From Squalus acanthias (taxonomy: Eukaryota), in the NCBI GenBank assembly GCA_030390025.1, contig CM059432.1, positions 64,110,001-64,174,000 of the forward strand: DNA of 64,000 bases, written 5' to 3'. Position numbers and translations under genes: made by a program. Below the pieces are notes generated by a model. The model was not told the DNA's origin, did not search any database, and saw only the letters and a list, made by a program, of their open reading frames with translations. Numbering within the stretch: the stretch's first letter is position 1; each line of letters opens with the position of its first letter. Positions 1-11,689 of this stretch are shown one piece after another.

Positions 1-176
1 GCACAGATTATCTGATCATTATCTCATTGCTGTTTTTGGAACCTTGCTGTGTGCAAATTGTCCGCCGCATTTCTTACATTACACAGTGGCTGCATTTCGA
101 AAGTACTTAATTGGTTGTAAAGTGCTTTGTGAAGCCCTGTCGTGACAGGCGCAATATAAATGCAAGTCTTTTTTTC
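1..176 (+). mobile_element. 3' half of a Deu-domain SINE (SacSINE1/AmnSINE1-like), cut by the window edge
   Basis: CATTGCTGTTTTTGGAACCTTGCTGTGTGCAAATTG...AAGTACTTAATTGGTTGTAAAGTGCTTTG...GGCGCAATATAAATGCAAGTC resembles the DeuSINE core and tail as I recall it. Confidence 0.7.
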
Positions 177-239
177 TTCCTTAACCTTGTTTGTAAAGAG
201 GTGCCAAAATACCAGTATGCTATAAAATTCCTGCGACTG

Positions 240-955
240 AACTCCTTTAATGGCTTGGTGAGTAAATGTGCTCCATGGTTTGGTATTGAGACATGGGGGA
301 GAAATTGGTTAGCGCCCAACGAGCTATTGATGCCTGACGCACCTCCAGAGGCAGCTCGCTGGTTTGAGGATTTCCAATTTGAGCCAGCTGCTTTGCTGGC
401 AGTGACCCTCAGGTACGTCGTTGGGAGAAGGAGGGAAATGGGAGGCTCTCAGGAATGCTGTGCAGCTGGGAGAAACATTCCTGCTCTGCCTGGCTCCATG
501 TCAAGATACAATTTTTAAAAGATGTACCTATTTATTGGCAGCCACTGGTTAGACCCCAGCAAACGTTGTCAAGTCTGAATAAAGTCAGCCCAGCATCTGC
601 TCCGCTTAGCACGGCCCAATTTCTTCAAGAGATCCTTAAATAGGCATTCGGCCTAATTAAAGGGGCCTAACATTTATTTAAGACAACTGCCCATCACACC
701 TAAATATCTTCCAAGGCCAATGTAGCAATGGACATATTTCAGATATCCTTGGTACGCGGGACATAGCCCCGCAAAATTGTTCCTTTGTGTCCTCATTTTC
801 TGCCCGGATAATGTGTGCAACGAGAACCAATTTATTCCCTAGTCATTTGTTCGCAGTTATCTGATCACAGCTGGCACTATACTTAGCCTCGTGTCTCCAG
901 AGTAAAGAGATGAAAAAGCAAGACAGCAATTTCATTTCTGATCACTATCCAGTAA
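240..955 (+). mobile_element. Degraded tRNA-derived SINE relic (LF-SINE-like), split by the MITE at 295-839
   Basis: Head-like TGGCTTGGTGAGTAAATG..TGGTATTGAGACAT before the MITE; GTTATCTGATCACAGCTGG...CTGATCACTATCCAGT after it; recognised from memory only. Confidence 0.3.
295..839. mobile_element. PIF/Harbinger-type MITE
   Basis: Imperfect TIRs GGGGGAGAAATTGGTT ... AACCAATTTATTCCC; no coding capacity. Confidence 0.6.
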
Positions 956-1779
956 AAGAGTTGTATATATAGAGGAGAATGCAGTCATATTAACTTCAGC
1001 TATAATATTCCGCATTCCTCTTCAGGGCTTCAGCAAAGATAAGGTGGTCACACAAAACGCACGGCAAAACACCATTCAAACTTGATTTAAATATTCCTAA
1101 AATCATGATGCTGATTAGAATTTCTAATCTGAATAAAATTAATTTTCAGCACCTGGGTACGAAGGATTGCATGTACCTCGGCTGTTATTGGCTATACTGA
1201 CTGTAAAAATAAAACCTTTCCCAAACAATTCCACAGAAACAATTGAAATCAGATTCCTTTTACATTCTGGAAGTAGAACCTTGTTCTGGTTCAGACATTT
1301 TGATTAAAGACAGTATGGAAATTCTTAAAATAAATATGAAATAAGACAAAGCAAAGGATGGAGGTGGGTTAGTGAGGTGTAAAATTCTGATGACTATCTT
1401 GTAGGCATCAACTTTAAACTATTGTAGGAGTGGAATTGAATTTTAGTGGTAAAGCAGTTGACAATGCTTATTTTATGCTAATCGAAGCTTCAAGTAAAAA
1501 ATGTGTTTAAAATGACCCTTCACTGAGGTAAATACCATCATTAATGAATAATCAATAAAGAGTTCAGCAGTTCAATGGAACCCACTTAAATAATTCATAT
1601 ATACAATTATAAAAGTCAGGTTTGCTGTGGAAGACATTGCTTGGCTATTTCACAGCTGAGATACCATGATCTTTTGGTAATCCAGAATATTTTCCAGATG
1701 TGAAGCATAATAAAAATATCAAAAAGATGCATTATTTTGCACTGAAAAGTATTATTAGAGAAAAGCAAGTCAAAAGTGT

Positions 1780-1821
1780 ACAGAAATAGTCAGCAGGTCA
1801 GGCAGCATCTGTGGAGAGAGC
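1780..1821 (-). mobile_element. Left (inverted, truncated) arm of a Penelope-like foldback element; right arm at 9540-9669
   Basis: CAGCAGGTCAGGCAGCATCTGTGGAGAGAG is the approximate reverse complement of 9577-9612; preceded by GTCAAAAGTGT (1769-1779), which recurs at 9670-9680. Confidence 0.65.
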
Positions 1822-2326
1822 GAGTGGTTGTAAAATTTGGCTCCACAGTGCATGGTTTTTGGAGCTATGGGAGCCGTTTTGGGTCCAAAATGGCGTCTGC
1901 GCCACGTGCATGTGCACACTTCTGGTGCGGGCCATGCTGGATGCCATTTTGGTGAGGTCGTTAGCACGGGCCCTGGGAGCGTGCGCCGGAATTATGCAGA
2001 GTAGGCAGTTTGTGACATCAGTCAGCGTATAACACTGATTTAACGTCAGTGCTGCCATTTTCAACCTCAACGCTCCAGCTAACACCCTCTCTTAAACACG
2101 CACAGCTGAACATGCGTTTAGCAGCAGGAAGGACCCCCTCATCAGCGCTATTTAAAGGGATCATCAACGTGCTTTCAGGTTCGTTGCTGATTGATTTCTA
2201 CTGGCTCTTGGTGAGTTTGTAGAAGTGTTTGGTGGTTTGTTATCTTATTTGAAGATGTTGAAGGCTCCAGGGAGTGGTGTGGCTGGTTACTTCAAGGCTT
2301 CTGCTCTGTCCAGTTGCTCCCAGACA

Positions 2327-3373
2327 TGGGTGCTGTAGTTTGTATCCCCCTTGGCTGCAGCATGACAGAGAGAATGAACAGAGGCGACACAGAGGAGGAC
2401 AAGCTGCTTGAAGAGGGAGGAGGAGGAGGAGGGGGAGAAGGGCTCTCAGCTGGAGGCCATATACACCCAGGGTCTTCAGGGAGCAATTCACCTACCGCAA
2501 CCTCAGTGAGGAACAGTGTATGTGACGTCTCTGCTTCACTAAGGAGGTGCTCACTGAAGTCTGACACCTGTTGCAGGCAGAACTGCAGCCTCAAAGCAGG
2601 GCGAGGACGGCATTGCGAGTGGCTGTGAAGGTGAGCGTGACCATGAAATTTTATGTTTCAGGCTCCTTCCAGGCCGGAGCAGGCGATAATTCCAATATCT
2701 CCCAGTTTGCCATGCACTGTTGCATAAGCGAGGTCATTGAGGCTCTGTATGCAAAGAGAGGTGAATACATTTCATTCTCTTTTGCCAGAGAGAAGCAGAC
2801 AGAGCGAGCATGTGGCTTTGCCAGGATAGCAAGCTTTCCCATAGTGCAGGTTGCCATTGACTGCACACGCGTAGCTCTGCAGGTGCCGCATGTGAATTTG
2901 GAGATGTACCACAAACAAAGGGGATTCCACTCCCTGAATATCCAGCTGGTGTACGACCATACTCAGTGAATCATGCAGGTCAACGCTCGATATCCTGGCA
3001 ACAGCCATGATGCCTTCATTCTGCAGCAGTTCGCTGTACCATCGCATTTGAGCCACCACGACAAACCAGAGGGTGGCTACTGGGTGACAAGGGCTATCCG
3101 CTGACCACCTGGCTCATGACTTTGGTGTGCAACCCAGGCACATGTGGGCAGCATGCATATAATGAATGCCATGCTGCCACATGGAATGTGATCGAGCAGA
3201 CAATTGGGATGATTAAACAGTGCTTCCGCTGCCTGGATCACTCTGGAGGAGCCCTGCAGTACTCAACAACGCGCGTCTCAAGATTTGCCGTTGTCTGCTG
3301 CATACTGCATAACCTTGCCATCATGCGAGCACAGCCCTTGCCACCAGGTATACAGCGAAGAGCTGAGGAGTAG
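2327..3373 (+). pseudogene. Harbinger (HARBI1-like) DDE transposase pseudogene
   Basis: Motifs across frames: LSEEQC..RLCFTKEV, GSFQ, FPIVQVAIDCT, GFHSLNIQLVYDH, ARYPGNSHDAFIL, GWLLGDKGYPL, IEQTIGMIKQCFRCL, CCILHNL; in-frame stops and frameshifts. Confidence 0.9.
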
Positions 3374-3414
3374 GAGGAGGAGGAAGGGTGGAAGCAACCA
3401 ACACAGCCCCTTTC

Positions 3415-3885
3415 TGGCATTGGGTGGCTTCTACTTCTGCTGCAATGGAAACTGAGACATTGACTATCAGATGCTGCATCATGGTTGGGTCCACAAGCGC
3501 TCTAATGGAGTTGGCCATCACTTCCATGCTGGAATGAATGGGCTCCAAGCTCTGCACAAAGCCCTGTGCAAGGTTGGTGCTGGACTCCTCCATGCTCCTT
3601 GACATTGCACTCAGGCTTTCTGGCAGGTCTGCCAATGCACCAAGCATTTCATTGTGCATACCTGTCAGCCTTCTTCTGTAGGCCGCTCATCAAAGTCTTC
3701 ATCTGAGTCCTTTGCAGCAGAACTCGTGTGCGACATCATCCTCCAGGGAGTTGGCACCTGTGCTACCCTTGCCCCCTGCCCTGGCTGCAGGCCATTTGTG
3801 CCCGGTGTCTCACCATGTGCAGATCCCGTATCTAAGCTATCCTCTAAAGTATCTGTGCTGTGTCTTCAGCATCATTGCCTTTTTC
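3415..3885 (-). pseudogene. C-terminal coiled-coil part of a Harbinger Myb/SANT partner gene
   Basis: LGALADLPESLSAMSRSMEESS resembles LTDVPHTLFTIAERMEESN of the SANT-linked ORF at 34927-35232; convergent with the transposase. Confidence 0.6.
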
Positions 3886-5697
3886 CTCCAAGATGTAACT
3901 AGTTGGATGGATAAGTGGGAACCAGTGGATGTAGTGTTTGGATTTTCAAAAAGCATTCAATAAGGTGCCACACAAGAGGTTATTACACAAAATTAGGACT
4001 CATGGGATTGGGGATAATATATTAGCATGGATTGAGGATTGGTTAACGGACAGAAAACAGAGAGTGGGAATAAACGGAACTTTTTCGGGTTGGCAGGCTA
4101 TAACTAGTGGGGTACTGCGAGGATCAGTGCTTGGGCCTCAGCTATTTACAATCTACACTAATGACTTAGATGAAGTGACTGAGTGTAACATATCCAAGTT
4201 TGCTGATTATACAAAGTTAGGTGGGAAAGTAAGCTGTGAGGAGGACGCAAAGAGGCTGCAGAGAGATATAGACAGGTTGAGAGTGGGCAATAACATGGCA
4301 AATGGAATACAATGTGGGGAAGTGTGACGTTATCCACTTTGGTAGGAAAAACAAAAAAGCAGAATATTTTTTGAATGGTGAGAGACTGGGAAATATTTGC
4401 ATTCTGAGGGACCTGGGTGTCCTTGTACTTGAATCACAGAAAGTTAACATGCAGGTACAGCAAGCGATTAGGAAAGCAAATGGTATGTTACAAAGGGATA
4501 AGAGTATAAGAGTAAGGGGGGGGGAAATTGGGTTGCTTTGCGCCTCCCGTTAACGCCCTAAGAGGGCGCTAACAGGGCGCAAAGCAATTGGTGCCCGGGC
4601 GTGGCGCTGCCTACGCCTCCCGCAAAATTCAGCGGGAGGTTAGTGGCAGCGCTAACTGTTAGTGCCCCGCAGCGCTGCGCCACCGGCGATGACATCATTG
4701 CCATGCGCAGCGCCCCGCTCGCGCCCCGGCCGCAATCTTCGAGAGCGCCCCCTGACTTACTGCCGGATGCTATGTCCGACGGGGTCAGGGGGGCCTACCT
4801 GCGGCTGGGGAGGCGCTAATTAAAGGTGAGGTGCGGGGTGGCCATTTTTGTTGAGGCAGGTGCTGGCAGGTGGCCAGCACCTGCCTCCGCTCCCGTACCC
4901 GGCCTCCTTACCCGCCCACCCGAGGAGTTCCAGCTGCGCTCCATGAGCCCAGCACTTCTGTTGAGTGCCGGGCTCTTTTGCCAGCACTTCCGATCCCCGG
5001 TGGCCCAGCTGGGCCCCGGGTCACGCTGCGCAAGGCCCCTCCCCTTTAAGAAGGGGAGGAAGGCCTGCAATACCGCGGCGCGACGTGCCACAGCGCATGG
5101 CACTGCGGCACGTAGCGTCGCGATATTCCCTCGCAGCGCCCGTAGCACCCCGCTACCCTCTTGAGGCGCTACCACTCAATTTCCGTCATGGGGGCGCTAA
5201 TTTTTCCGGGGTGCTACCCGGCGAAGTTAGCGCCCCAAAGGGGGCGCTACTCAATTTTTAGCCAAAGAAGTCTTACTACAATTATACAGGGCATGGGTGA
5301 GGTCACACCTGGAGTACTGTGTACAGTTCTGGTCTCCTTACCTAAGGAAAGACATACTTGCCTTAGAGGGAGTGCAACGAAGGTTCACTAGACTGGTTCC
5401 TGGGATGAGGGGATTGCCATATGAGGAGAGATTGAGTAGACTAGCCCTATATTCCTTAGCGTTTAGAAGAATGAGAGGTGATCTAAATGAAACATATAAA
5501 ATTCTTAAGGGGCTTGACAGGGTTAATGCTGAGAAAATGTTTCCCTTGGCTGGGGAATCTAGAACAAGGGATCACAGGGGTCGGCCATTTAGGACGGAGA
5601 TGAGGAGAAATTTCTTCACTCAAAGGGTTGTGAATCTTTGGAATTCTCTACCCCAGAGAGCTGTAGATGCTCAGTTGTTGAGTATATTCAAGACAGA
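3886..5697 (+). mobile_element. CR1 LINE RT/C-terminal fragment, interrupted by MITE 4516-5262
   Basis: [41 protein letters not shown]; reading resumes across the MITE (GAGTAA|..|AGAAGTC). Confidence 0.92.
4516..5262. mobile_element. GC-rich Harbinger MITE, family A, inverted relative to the 5704 and 58283 copies
   Basis: TIRs GGGG..GAAATTGGG / CTCAATTTTTAGCC; TAA/CAA target; internal homology to 5704-6362 and 58283-58845. Confidence 0.85.
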
Positions 5698-5703
5698 GTC
5701 ATG

Positions 5704-6362
5704 GGGGTAAAAATTGGGCAGCGCCCCCTTTGGGGCTAATTTTAGCGCCCTGAAAAAGTTACCGCCCCCGCAGCCGATTTTCCCAGGCAGCGCCCCGAGA
5801 GGGAGGAGGGGCACTACTGGAAGCGCCCCGCGTCCCTCTTGGGGCGCTGCGAGCCAATATCATGGTGCTACGTGCTGCAGTACTGCAGGCCTTCCTCCCC
5901 TTATTAAAGGGGAGGGGCCTGGCGCAGTGTGTCCCGACATCCAGCTGGGCCACCTGGGATCGGGAATGGCGGCAAATGAGCCTGGCACTCGAGGAGTGCC
6001 GGGCTCACGGAGAGCAGCCGGCACCCTGCGAGGTGGGGTTCACGGGGGCTGGGTCAGCAATGGGGGCAGCTGCTGGCAGGCGGCCAGCAAAAAAAATGGC
6101 CGTCCACCACCTCCCCTTTAACTAGCGCCGCCCCGGCCGCAGGTATGCCCCCTGACCCCGGCGGACATGGCGTCCAGCGGTAAGTTGGGGGGCGCCACCC
6201 AATATTACAGCGCGGTGCTAATGGTTAGCGCTGCCGCTAACCTCCCGCTGAATTTCGCAGGAGGCGTTAGCGGCGCCGCGCCCGGGCACTAGTTGATTTG
6301 CGCCCCGTTACCGCCCTCTTAGGGTGTTAACGGGAGGTGCAAATCAACCGAATTTAACCCCC
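5704..6362. mobile_element. Harbinger MITE family A, inserted in a CR1 (ATAGAGTC)n tail
   Basis: TIRs GGGGTAAAAATTGGG / CCGAATTTAACCCCC; flanks ATG/ATA. Confidence 0.85.
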
Positions 6363-6372
6363 ATAGAGTCTT

Positions 6373-7232
6373 GGGGCCCGATTATCGGCCGGGCGCAAAG
6401 TTTAGCGCCTGGCGCTAATTATCGCCTCTGACTGCAAACTTGGCTTTTATCGCCCCTGGAGGTGATTGGAGCGCTAAATCAGGTGCTGCACACCTGTCTT
6501 AAGGCACAAAGGCCGAGGAGCAAGGCGCTAACTCAGAGCGCTGGCAAAGCTCATGTGATGTTAGTCAGCAATGGAACACAGACACACTGACGCCGGCCAG
6601 TTCTTAAAGGGGAGGGTTGATCTTGCTCTCCATCCACACCCTGTTCACTGCAGCCTTGAATCTAGGCCTGGAGAGACCTGTACATCAAATCTGTTGGAAA
6701 GAACAATGGAGAGGCCCAGGGAAAGAGTTCAGAGTGCATACCCCTTAGTCTCTTCTAAATCGATGCTAGGAAGATCAAATAAAAAAGAACCTGCAAAGTG
6801 CTGCTCAGTACCCAAAACTCCTCAACACAGCTCTGAATATCTCCTGCAGTCTCTCTCTCGCACTCAGAATGCGTGGTGAAAAAATTTCGCCGACAAAAAA
6901 AGGCAGGAAGCGGTTGCCTTTAAATAGCACTCCCCCAGTCCCTTCCCAACTGCAAAACACTCCCCTCAACCTGTCGTTGCTAGCGGCAGGCAGTAAGACA
7001 GGGGACGCCACTCAATATCCGGTCCGGGGCGCTACCGGTTGCACGCTCGACTGACATCACGATCTGCTGGCGCAGGAGATTGTGGCGGTACTGTTTAGCG
7101 CCGCCACAAAATGTCTAGTCAATTTCGTGAGCGGAGCAAACATCGCCGCGCACGGGCGCTAGTTGCTTTGCACCCCATTAGCGCCCTCTTAAGGCGCTAA
7201 TGGGAGGCGCAAACCGACCGAATTTTTCCCCC
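6373..7232. mobile_element. Harbinger MITE family B with partly deleted left end, in the next unit of the same CR1 tail
   Basis: Collinear with 52272-53166 and 61244-62115; ends CCGAATTTTTCCCCC followed by ATAGAGTC. Confidence 0.85.
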
Positions 7233-7392
7233 ATAGAGTCATAATGGTACAGAAGGAGGCCATTCAGCCCATCGAGTCCGTGCTGGCTCTCTGCAGAGCA
7301 ATCCAGTCAGTCCCATTCCCCCGCTCTATCCCCATAGCCCTGCAAGTTTATTTCCCTCAAATGCCTATCCAGTCTCCCATTGAAAACATTGA

Positions 7393-7596
7393 TGTGGAGA
7401 TGCCGGTGTTGGACTGGGGTGGACAAAAGTGAGAAGTCGCACAACACCAGGTTATAGTCCAACAGCTTTATTTGAAATCACAAGCTTTCGGAGCGCTGCT
7501 CCTTCGTCAGGTGAAGGATGAAGGAGCAGCGCTCCGAAAGCTTGTGATTTCAAATAAAGCTGTTGGACTATAACCTGGTGTTGTGCGACTTCTCAC
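7393..7596. mobile_element. Penelope-like foldback element with 14-bp TSD and hammerhead core
   Basis: Near-perfect ~80-bp inverted arms (7427-7507 vs 7517-7596); TSD ATTGAAAACATTGA on both sides; empty site visible in the paralogous CR1 at ~58106-58135. Confidence 0.85.
7477..7515 (-). ncRNA. Minimal type I hammerhead ribozyme motif (putative)
   Basis: Minus strand TCAC-CTGACGA-A-GGAGC-AGC-GCTCC-GAAA-GC-TT-GTGA: core boxes, 5-bp stem II, stem I TCAC/GTGA, palindromic AGCT in place of stem III. Confidence 0.65.
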
Positions 7597-9539
7597 TATT
7601 GAAAACATTGAGTGTCTCCGCTTCCACCACTTCCGTCGTCAGCGAGTTCCAGGTCCTCACCACTCGCTGCGTAAAAAAGTTTTTCCTCACATCCCCCCTG
7701 AATCTCTTGCCCAAAACCTTAAATTTGTGTCCCCTCGTCCTTGTACCATCAACTAGTGGGAACAGCCTTTTCCCCGTCTAGCCTATCCAAACCCGTCATA
7801 ATCTTGTACACCTCTATCAAATCACCCCTCAACCTCCTTTGCTCTAATGAAAACAAATCCAGCTTCTCCAACCTTGTAGCTAAGATCCCCTATCCCCGGA
7901 ACCATTCTGGTAAATCTCCTCTGCACCCTCTCAAGGGCCTTCACATCCTTCCTAAAGTGTGGTGACCAGAACTGGATTCAATACTCCAGTTGTAACCTAA
8001 CTAGTGCTTTATAAAGATTCAGCATAACTTCTCTACTTTTGTACGCAATACCTCTATTTATGAAACCCAAGATCCCATATGCTTTGCTAACCACTCTCTC
8101 AATATGTCCTGCCACCTTTAGGGACCTATGCACATTAACTCCCAGGTCCCTCTGTCCCTGCACACTCTTTAAAACTGTGCCATAAATGTATATTGCCTCT
8201 CCCTGTTCCTTCTGCCAAACTGCATCACCTCACACTTCTCTATATTAAATTCCATCTGCCACTTGTCTGCCCATTCTGCTAGCCTTTCTATGTCCTGTTG
8301 CAGTCGATTGGTATCATCCTCACTGTTTGCCACACCCTCAAGTTTGGTGTCATTGGCAAATTTAGAAATTCTACTCTGTATTCCAATATCCAGGTCATTT
8401 ATATATATCAAAAAAAGCAGTGGCCCCAGCACTGACCATTGGGGGACACCACTGTCTACCATCCTCCAGTCTGAAAAACAGCCATTTACCATAACTTGCT
8501 GTTTTCTGTCCTTAAGCCAATTCCTTATCCAAGCTGCCACCTATTCCATGAGCCTCAATTTTGTTAACCAGCCTTCTATGTGGTACTTTGTCAAATGCCT
8601 TCCTAAAATCCATGTGGACAACATCCATTACATTCCCTTCATCGATCCTCCCTGTTACTTCATCAAAAAATTCAATTAGATTAGTCAAACATGATCTGCC
8701 CTTTACAAATCCATGTTGACTCTCCTTAATTAGCTTAAATGTCTCCAAGTGCCCGTTACTTTTTTCCTTGTTTATCGTTTCTAAAACTTTACCAACCACT
8801 GATGTTAAACTGTAATTACTGGGATTGTCCTTACACCCTTTCTTGAACAATGGTGTCACATTTGCCACTTTCCAATCCTCAGGCACCTCCCCTGCATCTA
8901 GGGAAGATTGGAAAATTATGGCAAGCCCTTCCGCTATCTCCTCCCCCAATTCCCTTAGCATTCTGGGATGCAAGCCATTTGAACCAGGTGACTTTTTCAC
9001 TCTAAGCATACCCAGCCTTTCTAGTACATCCTGTCTATCAATTTTCACCCCTTCCATTGCCTCTACCTTTTCCACTGCTACTGATATTTTGTCAGCATCC
9101 ACCTCTTTAGTAAACACCGATACAAAGTACTCATTGAGTATTCTAGCCTTGCCCTGCGCCTCTAAGCATATAACACCTTCTTTGTCTCTAATAGGCCCCA
9201 CCCCGCCTCTTACTACCCGCTTACTGTTTACATGCCAGTAGAAGATTTTTGGGTTCCCTTTTATGTTAACCACCATTCTACTCTCATATTCTCTCTTTGC
9301 CAATCTTATTTTCATCTTCACTTCCCCTCTCAACTAACTGTATTTGGTCTGGTTCTCCCTTGAAGAATTCACCTGACATGCATCATACACCCTCTTTTTT
9401 TGTTTCATCATCTTCTCTATCTCCCTCGTCATCCAAGGAGCCCTTGCTTTGGTTCCCTTACCCTTCCCTCTTGTTGGAATGTACCTAGCCTGTACTTGGA
9501 ACATCTCCTCCTTAAAGATCGCCCATTGTTCCATTACAT

Positions 9540-9669
9540 CTGATGAAAGGTCAATGAGCTGAAACGTTAACTCATCTACTCGATCCACAGATACTGCATG
9601 ATCTGCTGAGTGTTTCCAACATTTTCTAATTTCATTTCAGATTTCCAGCATCCACAGAATTTTGCTTTT
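9540..9669 (+). mobile_element. Right arm of a Penelope-like foldback with hammerhead core
   Basis: CTGATGA-A-AGGTC-AAT-GAGCT-GAAA-CG-TT-AACT, then TCCACAGATACTGC..CTGCTGAG..TTTCAGATTTCCAGCATC; followed by putative TSD GTCAAAAGTGT. Confidence 0.7.
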
Positions 9670-10673
9670 GTCAAAAGTGTGCAAGACTGTTTTTGATGTT
9701 TTCACATATAATGGTCTCACCAATGTAATTCAACCTTGAATATGCACTGACAGTGCAGAGAAGCAGACAGGGAATAGTGTAATTGCACCTCTGAAAACTG
9801 ACAGGAATAATTCTATACTATTATAAGCAAAAGGGTATTTTTTTTCTGCAGAGAATGCAAATGGTTATTATTTCTCAAAAGCTGTCAGTTGTCTGTTAAG
9901 CTTATGGTGAATGTACTTAATCCTCTCTAATAGACAGCTATGTCTAAGGAGGATATAGTACTGTTGCCATGACGATTAGGTTGCATTGTAAATTAAGAAT
10001 GCAGCTGTTTTAGAAGTTGATTAAAACAATACTTCAGTACTTGTAAATATTTTCTGTCACACCACTGAAATATGCAATACTGAGCAGGGATTTGTTCAGG
10101 TAATCCTGTCTTGTTTTATTATGTTTTAATTGCACTTTCAGCAATTGCATTGTAAACCCTCTTATTTGGTAGCATCCATACTGGAATCCATTGTAATTAT
10201 AATGAATATGTTTAATTGGCATTGTAATGATCAGTCAGAATTGTACCTATTGTTAACTAACCAGATTGACCCACTGCTTGAACTTGGTAGAGCTGATTCC
10301 ATCCTCCTCTGAGTCACTTCAACTGATGTTGCAGCTGTCCCTTCTCACCATTGTTTGTTAGAGCTGGTATTGGCAAAACTTACCCTTTCTGCTCATCAAA
10401 TTTGCTGTGTGCCTCCTGATTTTTTTCTTCATATTTAATTGGGGTATCCCATTACACTGTTGTTTTTCGTAGTTGCCAATTTCCAGCTTGTACAGTAATC
10501 TAGAACAGGGAGTGACAAGTTGTTTAAATTTTCAGAATAACTTTACATTAAGGAGATGAATTACGTAGAACTCCCTTTCCATAACTGTAGTGGCAGGAAT
10601 ATAGAACAACTGTTCAATTTATGTGGTTAGGTCCTCCGTTATTGCAATCTCAAGCTGAGGAAAGATTGTAAGA

Positions 10674-10871
10674 GAAACAGAAAATGCTGGAAACACTCAG
10701 CAGGCCAGTTGGCAAATGTTGAGAGAGAACAAGATCAACGAGTTCACACCTGAAACCTAACCTCATCTGTTTCTCTCTCCACAGAAGCTGCCTGACCTGC
10801 TGAGTGCTTCTGACAAAGCATTTTCTGTTTTTGCTTCAGATACCAGCATCTGCATTTTTTTTTGCTTTTTG
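10674..10871. mobile_element. Older Penelope-like foldback, same family as 1780/9540
   Basis: AAACAGAAAATGCTGGAAACACTCAGCAGG ... CCTGCTGAGTGCTT..AGCATTTTCTGTTT inverted arms; only CCTGAAAC of the ribozyme core survives. Confidence 0.7.
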
Positions 10872-11689
10872 TTTAAGGAAAATTTGTGTTGTTTTTAAGA
10901 TCCAAAATTCTGATTGACTAATACTGAAAACATTCTTTTTGTCCAATCGACAATGGCAGTTTCATTGTCATTTTATTCAACATTTCTGTTTTTTAATGAA
11001 GAATAGTTACACAGATGGTCACAAGAGAGCTGAAACAAATCCTGAAGTGAATCCACCAAATGTCGTTGGCACTCTTTGGCATTATGGAGCAACAGTGCTT
11101 AATGCTCCATAGGAAAAAGTCCCCATAAAATTGTTTTCTCAGTGTAACGTGACTGTGGTCTGTATAAACACTGGCACGGAATTTCTCAGATAGGATAGCA
11201 GTAATGAGATAGTGTAACTTTCACCGACTTAACTATAACAAGGGAATACAGAGGCTTTGATATGGTAACTGTGAAATCTGTTTACCCAGAGGACTACAGG
11301 AGAATTTTTTGAAAGCTGAGAGGTTTACTGTGGCTACCCAAATGATCTAATCATTGTTCAAATCTAAAACTTTCCTACCCTGTGACTGGCAAGTTCAACT
11401 GGAGCAACAATATCTGAAAGGCTGAATATGAACTGTGATTCCGAGGCAGAAAGAATAGTTTGGAAGAAATTGCTGTTTCTCTTTATCATAGCATCAGAGA
11501 ATCAGTTGCATACATAATGCTAAACTGACAGTGAATCCAAAGAATACTGTTTGCTAGGACACCAGGAAATTGGATATATACATTCCTTTAAGTCAGTAGG
11601 AACACCAGGAAATGCAGGAAATTAGACCAAGATAAATAGATATAAACCCCAAATTGATGTGAAAAACAAATGCATCACATTCAAAAAAT

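Larger units (their letters stand above)
1826..3885 (+). mobile_element. PIF/Harbinger DNA transposon, decayed autonomous-type copy with right end lost
   Basis: TIR-like left end, then transposase pseudogene (+) and convergent partner-gene fragment (-). Confidence 0.8.
7233..9539 (-). mobile_element. CR1 LINE, 5'-truncated, (GACTCTAT)n tail; same family as 57415-58282
   Basis: ORF2 pieces KSPGSNGLHPRML, QHGFVKGRSCLTNLIEFF, DFRKAFDKVPH, ISKFANDTKL; frameshifted. Confidence 0.93.

Noticed and set aside
2327..3373. Domesticated HARBI1 gene
   Set aside because: Contains stops and frameshifts and sits in a transposon context with its partner ORF
4601..6125. GC-rich Ala/Pro/Arg ORFs and a CpG-island-like promoter
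   Set aside because: They lie within MITEs bounded by TIRs and TSDs; not host genes
7393..7425. Minus-strand ...CCGGCATCTCCACA resembling a tmRNA/tRNA 3' end
   Set aside because: No T-loop consensus or matching 5' acceptor strand; it is the tail of the foldback element
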